Source: an uncultured Actinomycetota bacterium
GTDB lineage: Bacteria > Actinomycetota > Actinomycetes > Streptosporangiales > Streptosporangiaceae
DNA length: 64,000 bases
Assembly: GCA_963774385.1 (NCBI GenBank)
Contig: CAVZEQ010000006.1
Span: 226-64,225, forward strand
Direction: 5' to 3'
Each line of letters begins with the position of its first letter. Positions within the stretch are counted from its first letter, which is position 1. Below the pieces are notes generated by a model, which saw nothing but the letters and a program-made list of their open reading frames with translations, searched no databases and had not been told where the DNA came from. The position numbers and the translations under genes were made by a program. Below, in pieces: positions 20,258 to 28,098 of the stretch.

Positions 20258-20870
20258 GGGTACGACTCTAGACGGCCGAGCTGACAGCAGTCAAAGTCAT
20301 TTTGATGCTGACCAGCTGGAAGCGATGACCGGCTTCGTGGAGCTGATTAACACCGGACGGGCCACTGGCGGGGACGGCCTCCGCACGCTGTCAGATCTGC
20401 AGGCGATGGCCGACCGCTACGCGTTCACCGGCGCCGGCGCCAAGACAGACGACCTTGTCCGGGTCAGAGCGTACCGCGCGCGGCTCGACTCGATAGTGAT
20501 GGCGTGCGAGGCAGGCCTGGAGGATGCGGCCATCGACCAGATCAACGCGCTGCTGGCGGAGACTGGCGCCAGCCCGCAGATCGTGTCGCACCACGGGCGC
20601 GGCCCGCACTTGCACGTCTCCAGGCCTGCCTCGCCGGTCGCGGACCGGATGGCCGCGCATTTCGCCATGGGCCTGGCTTGGCTGGTGGTGGCCGGCGAAG
20701 CGGGCCGCGTCCGCAGCTGCGAGTCTCCGACCTGCCGCGAGGTCTTCGTCGACTTCTCCCGGAACAGGTCGCGACGGTACTGCGACAGCCGGACCTGCGG
20801 CAACCGGCTGCATGTTGCCGCTTACCGGGCCCGCAAGCTGGCCCCCGCCGACGGCCAGCCGGTCAGCTGA
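20256..20870 (+). CDS. CGNR zinc-finger (ABATE-domain) protein
   Basis: ATG at 20256. The C-terminus reads CESPTCREVFVDFSRNRSRRYCDSRTCGNRLHVAAYRAR. The listed ORF 19920..20870 extends antisense into the DMT gene. Confidence 0.85.
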   Translation: MGTTLDGRADSSQSHFDADQLEAMTGFVELINTGRATGGDGLRTLSDLQAMADRYAFTGAGAKTDDLVRVRAYRARLDSIVMACEAGLEDAAIDQINALLAETGASPQIVSHHGRGPHLHVSRPASPVADRMAAHFAMGLAWLVVAGEAGRVRSCESPTCREVFVDFSRNRSRRYCDSRTCGNRLHVAAYRARKLAPADGQPVS

Positions 20871-20911
20871 CCGAGCCAAGCATTCGGGCCAGATACCGGG
20901 CGGAGCGCCGC

Positions 20912-21352
20912 TCAGCCGCCCGACCTGGCGACCCGCCTGATCCGCACCATGAGGGCGGCCGAGGGCGCGACGCGACCGGAGATATAGGTAGACAGCCGCG
21001 AACGTGACGTGCCGATTCGCTCAGCGAACTCCTGCTGCGACCAGCCGGAGTCATTGACCAGCTTGCGGATCTCGGCGGCAACCTCCTGCCGCTCAGAATC
21101 AGCGGCTTCCTCCCTCGCCCGGCTTACCAGCCCTGCCAGCAGTTCGGCCGTGCCGTAGGGGCGGGAAAGGCTGAGTGCCTCGATGACTTGCTGTGCGACC
21201 GGCCCCCATGGATCGGCCTTGATCGCCTGAGCAAGTCGGCGCCAGTCGGGCAGAGTGCCGCGCTCAACCGCGGCGAGGATCCCCTCGAAGGGCCAGGTCT
21301 CAACGGGATCGTCCGGTGAGGCCCCGATATTGCGGAACTTCAGGGCCGTCAT
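20912..21352 (-). CDS. protein with a C-terminal XRE-type HTH; putative antitoxin/regulator of the upstream NTase
   Basis: 146 aa. The HTH is WSQQEFAERIGTSRSRLSTYISGRVAPS; the N-terminal ~95 aa is unassigned. Its ATG overlaps the NTase stop (ATGA). Confidence 0.7.
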   Translation of the reverse strand: MTALKFRNIGASPDDPVETWPFEGILAAVERGTLPDWRRLAQAIKADPWGPVAQQVIEALSLSRPYGTAELLAGLVSRAREEAADSERQEVAAEIRKLVNDSGWSQQEFAERIGTSRSRLSTYISGRVAPSAALMVRIRRVARSGG

Positions 21353-22086
21353 TGGACCATCTCCACGGCCACGGACCGGCAGACATCGGTCACGTTCTTC
21401 CAGTCAGTCCAGCGAGGGTCGAGTTGCTTGTACTGACCGAGTTGCTTGATCGTGCGAGTATCGGCGGGCCTAGGGTCGGCTAGCTGCCGCGCCAGTTGCG
21501 TCGCCACCCCCTGCGATTCGCTGGCTCGCTGATCGCCGTAGTAGTCGTCGATGCTTCGAAGGACCTCTGCAGCGTGTGCGATGCCTGCCCGATCTGACAG
21601 TGCAGCGACGTCGATGTAGTCCCGCACCTGGTTACGGCGAACAACTAGATAGCCCTTGATCCGCAATATCTCGTCTAGCGCTGGAACGCGCACCACATGC
21701 CCTGACGGCAGTTCTACCTCGACGACTTCCAAGGGAACGTTCCGAATGAGCTGCCGCACGCCAGCCTCGATGTCACCCAATTCGCCGAGGATGATTCTTC
21801 CGGGAGCGACCCTGTTAGTAACCCAGCCGTCGGTTGCTTCGATCGCGTCCAGCACGACATCGAATCGAGCGTTCAGATCTGCCAGCACGTGGTCATGATC
21901 AAGCGACGAGCGGTGATTAGCCCACAGCGCTGCCGCAGAGCCTCCGACCAGCACTGAATCTGGGACGACGTCTTGAAGGCGAGCCGCAGACTCAAGCACG
22001 CGAAGCAGGTCAGGGCGCCCGAGCCCAGCCGGGTCGCTGCCAGGCTGATTTTTATCTCGGACGGGTTCGGAAGGCACTTCGGCCAT
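21349..22086 (-). CDS. AbiEii/DUF1814-like nucleotidyltransferase (putative toxin)
   Basis: 245 aa. VLVGGSAAALWANHRSSLDHDHV gives the G-G-S/T ... HRxSxDxD NTase motifs. LRIKGYLVVRRNQVRDYIDVAAL gives the K...R...RDxxD motif III of the AbiEii family. Confidence 0.7.
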   Translation of the reverse strand: MAEVPSEPVRDKNQPGSDPAGLGRPDLLRVLESAARLQDVVPDSVLVGGSAAALWANHRSSLDHDHVLADLNARFDVVLDAIEATDGWVTNRVAPGRIILGELGDIEAGVRQLIRNVPLEVVEVELPSGHVVRVPALDEILRIKGYLVVRRNQVRDYIDVAALSDRAGIAHAAEVLRSIDDYYGDQRASESQGVATQLARQLADPRPADTRTIKQLGQYKQLDPRWTDWKNVTDVCRSVAVEMVQ

Positions 22087-22090
22087 ATTC

Positions 22091-22116
22091 GCAGTGTATC
22101 AGATCTGATACACTGC
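22091..22116 (-). promoter_or_regulatory. 26-bp perfect palindrome (operator) overlapping a -10-like hexamer immediately upstream of the NTase ATG
   Basis: GCAGTGTATCAGATCTGATACACTGC. On the gene strand it reads ...GATACACT-GCGAAT-ATG, placing TACACT 6 nt before the start codon. No SD sequence is present. Confidence 0.6.
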
Positions 22117-22153
22117 CTACGAACCAGTTCCCCTCACCTGACTGAAGCCTTAG

Positions 22154-22555
22154 TCAGTCGCGGGGGGAGAGCGTGGCCAGGCCGGCGTCGCCTGCGGCCC
22201 GCAAGAGCCGGTCATCGTAGGTGATCAGTCCGTCTAGCTCGGGTGCGAGGATTCGTGCGGTCGCTAGGTGGATCGCGTCGAGCGAGCGGAGGTTGCGGTC
22301 CGGCTCATTCATCGCGCCCTCGACAATGTCGTCGTCGATGGCGATCGAGGAGAAAGCGAGGAGCAAATCCCGTGCATCGGGAAGCAGCGCGGGAACCGCC
22401 CTGGTGACTGCGCGGGTGAGCTCGATCCGCAGCAGCGCAGAGCTCACCCACTCCGCTTCAGCCTGCGCATCGTAGAAGGCCGCGAACGCTTCGGAGTCTG
22501 TCTCCTCGACGAGCAGTTTGATGACTGCGGAGGTGTCGGCGTAGTAGAGGCTCAC
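22154..22555 (-). CDS. vapC: type II toxin VapC (PIN-domain ribonuclease)
   Basis: 133 aa. MSLYYADTSAVIKLL..., SLDAIHLATA and ITYDDRL supply the PIN acidic residues. It overlaps the upstream antitoxin gene by 4 nt. Confidence 0.9.
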   Translation of the reverse strand: MSLYYADTSAVIKLLVEETDSEAFAAFYDAQAEAEWVSSALLRIELTRAVTRAVPALLPDARDLLLAFSSIAIDDDIVEGAMNEPDRNLRSLDAIHLATARILAPELDGLITYDDRLLRAAGDAGLATLSPRD

Positions 22556-22845
22556 CAGCGTTCCTCATCGCGCAACGCCGCCAGCGCCTGCGAAAGGCTG
22601 TCAGTCCCGTCTCCTGAGCGCATCCGCGGACGGTAGCCTGGTCGACGCGCAAGAGTTGCGCGCCCAGAAGCCACCAGTCGCGCCAGTATCGGCGTCGGTT
22701 CGCGGTCTCCCGCCGGAACGATCCGAGCAATGAGTCGCCCGTGTTCGGTCACGTCGACCGTCTCACCGTGCCTGACCCGCGCCAGCACCTCACTGGTGTG
22801 GTGGCGCAGGTCTCTCAGGCCGACAACATGAGGGTCAGCAGTCAT
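22552..22845 (-). CDS. type II antitoxin, Phd/YefM family (VapB-type partner)
   Basis: 97 aa. VGLRDLRHHTSEVLARVRHGETVDVTEHGRLIARIVP is the Phd/YefM N-terminal fold pattern. Confidence 0.88.
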   Translation of the reverse strand: MTADPHVVGLRDLRHHTSEVLARVRHGETVDVTEHGRLIARIVPAGDREPTPILARLVASGRATLARRPGYRPRMRSGDGTDSLSQALAALRDEERW

Positions 22846-22853
22846 GAGCTGAA

Positions 22854-22876
22854 TGTATCACAATTTTGTGGATACA
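22854..22876 (-). promoter_or_regulatory. imperfect palindrome (operator) plus -10-like hexamer upstream of the antitoxin ATG
   Basis: The gene strand reads GTGTATC-CACAAAATTGT-GATACATT-CAGCTC-ATG. The half-sites are the same as at 22091..22116. TACATT lies 6 nt before the ATG. No SD sequence is present. Confidence 0.5.
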
Positions 22877-22898
22877 CGGTGCAGGGCGGGCTCGCAGC

Positions 22899-23591
<693 letters not shown>

Positions 23592-23645
23592 AGCACCCTC
23601 CTCGCGCCTCTACACCCGGCCCAACGATGCCGGCCGGCCCAAGAT

Positions 23646-23693
23646 TCCCTGACCGCCCGGACCGGATAACCGCCCAAACCGGACGGTCAGGGA
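23646..23693 (-). other. 10-bp-stem inverted repeat downstream of the lipoprotein gene (weak terminator candidate)
   Basis: TCCCTGACCG ... CGGTCAGGGA with a 28-nt interior. On the minus strand it is followed only by ATCTT. Confidence 0.25.
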
Positions 23694-23721
23694 CTTACGG
23701 GCTAGCCCGAGCAGATGCCGG

Positions 23722-24408
23722 TCAGCCGAGCTTGCTGAGGCTGATCACCTGGCTGGCCGCCGGAGCCGCGGGCATGGTGACGGAGTTCCAGTCGGTGAAC
23801 GCGATGTGCTGCCCGTGCGGACCGGTGAAGAACAGCAGGTAGGGCTTGCCGTGTGCGGCGACGTCGATCGTGTACAGGCCCTGGTGGCATTGCAGCACAG
23901 ACTGGCCGTTCACGGTGGCGGGCGTGAAATCGCACCCGCTAGCGGCGCCAGAGTTCACGTTCTTGTTGCTGAACACCTGGTTGACCAGCTGCTTCATGCT
24001 CAGCGAGCCAGTAATCTGGCTGGCGCTGGCAGCAGGCAGCTCGACGTACTTGCCGCAGATCGTGGCACAGGCGCTGGCCGGCGCCTTGGCGTACTTCAGG
24101 AACGCCGCGTCAAGCTTGATGTAGGTCTTGCCATTCAGCGACAGCAAGTTGAAGCTGGCGCCGTTCAGCCCGACGGTCCCAGCTACCGACGGTCCGCTGA
24201 AGCTCATGTCGATGGTTGCCTTCTGCGAGCCCTGGTTCACTGCGCCCGCCATATGGACACTGGTCGCAGCCTTCGCCGCAGCCTGTACCTCAGGCATCAG
24301 TTTCGCGGCTGGCTTGCTGCCCGCTGGCGACGAACTGCAACCCGCCGCCGCCAGGCCCGCTGCTAGCACAGCGGCTAGCGCAGCCCCCCGGATCAATCGC
24401 GTACTCAT
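23722..24408 (-). CDS. putative lipoprotein (paralogue 1)
   Basis: The ATG at 24408 gives MSTRLIRGAALAAVLAAGLAAAGCSS, with lipobox LAAAGC. No family recognised. Confidence 0.7.
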   Translation of the reverse strand: MSTRLIRGAALAAVLAAGLAAAGCSSSPAGSKPAAKLMPEVQAAAKAATSVHMAGAVNQGSQKATIDMSFSGPSVAGTVGLNGASFNLLSLNGKTYIKLDAAFLKYAKAPASACATICGKYVELPAASASQITGSLSMKQLVNQVFSNKNVNSGAASGCDFTPATVNGQSVLQCHQGLYTIDVAAHGKPYLLFFTGPHGQHIAFTDWNSVTMPAAPAASQVISLSKLG

Positions 24409-24553
24409 CGTGCCTCCCGTTTGGCTGGCGCGGGATCCGCGCACACAATGCCGCTGGCAGGCTATAGCGGGGCAGCCAGCCGCGCCCATACCGGATTTAT
24501 CTCGTTCGCGTCTCAATGGTCCTGGCCGAAAACAGCCAATTATCCTGCTTTCG

Positions 24554-25282
24554 TCAGCCGATTCCTTTCAGGTTGAGTACGTCGCTGGCGGGCGGTGCCG
24601 TCGGCGGCGGCACGGCGTTCCAGTGCGAGTAACTGATCTGCTGGCGCGGGTTCGTGCCGGTCACCGCCGCCAGCGGGTATGGCGGCCCGGCCGAGCGCAC
24701 ATCGAGTGAGCCGCCGCCGGGACCGCGCAGCACCCAGGCAGCCTGCCCGGCCACGGTCACAGTGCCGGCCTCGGTGAACTTAGGCAGCTTGGTCGTGACG
24801 AGCTGGCCGGTCATGCTTGCCATGCCAATGTCGCCGGTGATTTGCGTGGACTGCGGCGGATGCAGCTGGATCCACTTGCCGCACACCACGGCACATGCGT
24901 TAGCCGGGGCCTTGACCTGGCGCAGGAAGGCCGGCGTGGCCTTGACGAAGACGCTGCCGCCGACTCCGATGACCTGGAACGGCGCGCCGTTCTGGCTGAC
25001 GGTGCCGGCCATGTCCCCGTTCCGCTGCAGATCGAGGTTGATCGCAATCGGCACGCCCGCATTCGTCAGCCGTCCGGTGACGTGGACGCTGTTAGCAGTG
25101 CGCACCGACTGCTGCATCGAGGTCACCAGTGCCGCCTCGGCTGGCTCCTGGCGGCCGGCCGCCGTGGTGCTGCTGCTGGCGCTGGCATTGCCGCTGACGC
25201 TGTTGCTGCTGCCGCACCCGGCCGCAGCGAGCACCGCGCCTGCTGCCAGCCCGGTAGCCAGCAACCTGCCGGAAACGACCAT
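24554..25282 (-). CDS. putative lipoprotein (paralogue 2)
   Basis: The ATG at 25282 gives MVVSGRLLATGLAAGAVLAAAGCGSS. It shares AP-A-x-ACAxxCGK(Y/W) and QITG blocks with the neighbouring gene. Confidence 0.7.
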   Translation of the reverse strand: MVVSGRLLATGLAAGAVLAAAGCGSSNSVSGNASASSSTTAAGRQEPAEAALVTSMQQSVRTANSVHVTGRLTNAGVPIAINLDLQRNGDMAGTVSQNGAPFQVIGVGGSVFVKATPAFLRQVKAPANACAVVCGKWIQLHPPQSTQITGDIGMASMTGQLVTTKLPKFTEAGTVTVAGQAAWVLRGPGGGSLDVRSAGPPYPLAAVTGTNPRQQISYSHWNAVPPPTAPPASDVLNLKGIG

Positions 25283-25359
25283 CCAGCCCACTACCCCCCG
25301 AATAACCTGCGCACCTTGCAGTTCCGGCAGCCGCCCGCATGCCGTCTGCTGACACGTGC

Positions 25360-26355
25360 TTACCCGGTCCGCTCCACCACGAACTCGCACAGCGCTTCGA
25401 ATGCGGCCCGCGCCGGAACATCCGGCAGCTGCCGGATCTCCGTCCTGGCCTGCTCCGCCCAGCGCCTGGTGTCAGCCCTGGCCATGGCCATCGCCGGGTG
25501 AGCCCGCAGCAACTCGAGCGCCTCCGCGTGCAGCCCCGGATCAGTGAGCTCGCCCATGCTCAGCAGCTGGACAAGGCGGTCGTCCGCCGACCCGGCCGAG
25601 CGCAGCGCGTGCAGCATCGGCAGCGTCCGCACTCCTTCACGCAGGTCAGTCCCCGGCGTCTTACCGGACTGGGCCGACGCGCTGGCCACGTCCAGGATGT
25701 CATCGGATAGCTGGAATGCGACGCCCAGGGCTGCGCAGGCGGGCGTGATCCGGGCGGCTACGCTGGCCGGCGCGCCGGAGAACAACGCCCCGAACTGCCC
25801 TGCGGTCGCGATCAGCGAGGCTGTCTTCTCGGTAACGACGCTCAGGTAGTGCTCCAGCGGATCGGTGCCCGGTCGGCAGCCCACGGTCTCCGCGATCTGT
25901 CCCGTCACCAGCCTGCTGAAAGTCTCGGCCTGAATCCGGATCGCGTCCGGCCCGAGATCGGCCAGGATCTGCGAGGCCCTGGCGAACAGGAAGTCGCCGG
26001 TGAGTATCGCGACGGTGTTACCCCATCGCGAGTTGGCGCTGTCGCTGCCGCGCCGGACGACGGCCTCATCCATCACGTCATCGTGATAAAGAGTGGCAAG
26101 ATGGGTCAGCTCCACAGCCACCGCGGCCGGCACGATGCGGGCGTCTCTCGGATCGCCGAACTGCGCCGCCAGCAGGACGAGCGTCGGCCGGAACCGCTTG
26201 CCTCCAGCTTCGGTCAGGTGAGCGGACGCCTCCGCGAGCACGTCGTGCTGCGCCTGGGCGGCCGCCCGCAGCCCATCCTCGACCAGCGCTAGCCCGTCGA
26301 CTACCTCGGACGCGAGCGCGGCATCGGTGAGTTCCATCACTGCAGCGGCCATCAC
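25360..26355 (-). CDS. polyprenyl diphosphate synthase (trans-IPPS, menaquinone side chain type)
   Basis: 331 aa with the two Asp-rich motifs LYHDDVMDE and QLSDDILD. Confidence 0.9.
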   Translation of the reverse strand: MMAAAVMELTDAALASEVVDGLALVEDGLRAAAQAQHDVLAEASAHLTEAGGKRFRPTLVLLAAQFGDPRDARIVPAAVAVELTHLATLYHDDVMDEAVVRRGSDSANSRWGNTVAILTGDFLFARASQILADLGPDAIRIQAETFSRLVTGQIAETVGCRPGTDPLEHYLSVVTEKTASLIATAGQFGALFSGAPASVAARITPACAALGVAFQLSDDILDVASASAQSGKTPGTDLREGVRTLPMLHALRSAGSADDRLVQLLSMGELTDPGLHAEALELLRAHPAMAMARADTRRWAEQARTEIRQLPDVPARAAFEALCEFVVERTG

Positions 26356-26511
26356 ATGGGTCCCCTCACAGGCCCGCAGCGTCCGCGAGCTAATTATTGC
26401 TGAGGCTATCCTCTAGCCTTTCTCACGGTATGCGCACCGCCCGGTAATCGCGCTTTTCCGTACCGTGCACGGCTGGACGACACGCCGCCGCGGCACGCAA
26501 GCCGATCCCGG

Positions 26512-28098
26512 CTACCGCACGAACAGCTGGCTGGCGGCGTGGTTGGCCAGACTGAGCAGTGGCTGCGGGAGGATGCCCAGCACGACCGTCACGACCGCTC
26601 CGACGGCCACTGCCAGCGCGGTAAACGCGCTGGGCCGGACCACGACCGGGCCTTCGGGGGCCGGCTCGCTGAAGAACATGAGCACGATCACCCGGACATA
26701 CGGGAAAGCCAGGATGGCACTGCTGATCACGCCGACTATCACCAGCGGCAGGGCGCCGCCCTGGATCGCCGCTCTGAATACCGCGAACTTCCCGGTAAAC
26801 CCGCTGGTCAGCGGTATACCCGCGAACGCGATCAGGAACAGCGCGAACACTCCGGCAACGAGCGGGGACCGCTTGCCCAGGCCTGCCCAGCTGGACAGGT
26901 GAGCAGCCTCGCCGCCGCGGTCGCGGACCAGGGTCACGATCGCGAACGCGCCGATCGTGGCGAAGCCGTAGGCCGCCAGGTAGAACATGGTCCCGGAGAG
27001 GCCTGCCACGTTCGCCGCGATCACGCCGGTCAGCACGTACCCAGCCTGCGCGATGGAGGAATACGCCAGCAGCCGCTTGACGTCCGTCTGGGTAATCGCG
27101 ATCACCGAGCCGACGAGCATGGTCGCGATGGCGACGGCCCACATAGCCGGCCGCCAGTCCCAGGTCAGCTGGCCGAACGCCACATAGAACACGCGCAGCA
27201 GCGCACCGAAGGCCGCGACCAGCGTGCAGGAGGCCATCAGTGCCGTGATGGGAGTCGGCGAGCCCTGGTACACATCCGGCTTCCAGGCCTGGAAGGGAAC
27301 GGCACCGATCTTGAAGAGCAGCCCGAGTCCGAGCAGCGCGATACCGGCGTACAGCAGAGTGGCCGAGGCGACGCCCGTCTGGGCGGCGGACGCGATAGCG
27401 GCGAGCTTTACCGAACCGGAGTAGCCGTACAGCATCGCGACGCCGAACAGGAAGAACGCGGATGAGAACGCGCCTAGCAGGAAGTACTTCATGGCCGCTT
27501 CCTGCGAGAGCAGGCGGCGGCGCCTGGCCAGGCCGCAGAGCAGGTACAGCGGAAGCGACAGCACCTCAAGCGCCACGAACATGGTCAGCAGGTCGTTCGC
27601 CGCCGGGAAGAGCAGCATTCCGCCGACGGCAAACAGCGTCAGCGGGTACACCTCGGTGTGCGACAGTCCGGCGAGCAGGCCTTCGCGCTCCTCGGCGCTG
27701 CCGGGCACGGCAGCTGCCTGCGGCGTGAACGAGCTCACCTCATGTGAGGACTCCGCTATCAGCAGCACGCTGACGAACGCGAGTATCAGGATCGTCGCCT
27801 GAATGAACAGCGTCGGCCGGTCGACCCCGACCGTGCCGACCGCTACTACGCTGCCGACCTTACCGCCGGCGAAGATCTGGCTCTGCGCGGCAAGCACGAC
27901 GGTCAGGATGAACGCACCGGCCAGGCTGCCGAGTGCCAGCGCGATGTGCATCGCCCGGCGCAGATCGCGCGGCGCAAAGGCCTCGACGAGCACCCCGGCA
28001 AGCGCGGCCGCGAACACCAGCAGCATCGGGGAGAGCAGGCTCCACTCGATGTGCGGGGCGGTAATGGTCGGTGCGGCCGCGACGACGAACCTGGTCAC
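26512..28098 (-). CDS. nuoN: NADH-quinone oxidoreductase subunit N
   Basis: 528 aa, polytopic. Contains LLAYSSIAQAGY. It is the last gene of the nuo string. Confidence 0.93.
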   Translation of the reverse strand: MTRFVVAAAPTITAPHIEWSLLSPMLLVFAAALAGVLVEAFAPRDLRRAMHIALALGSLAGAFILTVVLAAQSQIFAGGKVGSVVAVGTVGVDRPTLFIQATILILAFVSVLLIAESSHEVSSFTPQAAAVPGSAEEREGLLAGLSHTEVYPLTLFAVGGMLLFPAANDLLTMFVALEVLSLPLYLLCGLARRRRLLSQEAAMKYFLLGAFSSAFFLFGVAMLYGYSGSVKLAAIASAAQTGVASATLLYAGIALLGLGLLFKIGAVPFQAWKPDVYQGSPTPITALMASCTLVAAFGALLRVFYVAFGQLTWDWRPAMWAVAIATMLVGSVIAITQTDVKRLLAYSSIAQAGYVLTGVIAANVAGLSGTMFYLAAYGFATIGAFAIVTLVRDRGGEAAHLSSWAGLGKRSPLVAGVFALFLIAFAGIPLTSGFTGKFAVFRAAIQGGALPLVIVGVISSAILAFPYVRVIVLMFFSEPAPEGPVVVRPSAFTALAVAVGAVVTVVLGILPQPLLSLANHAASQLFVR

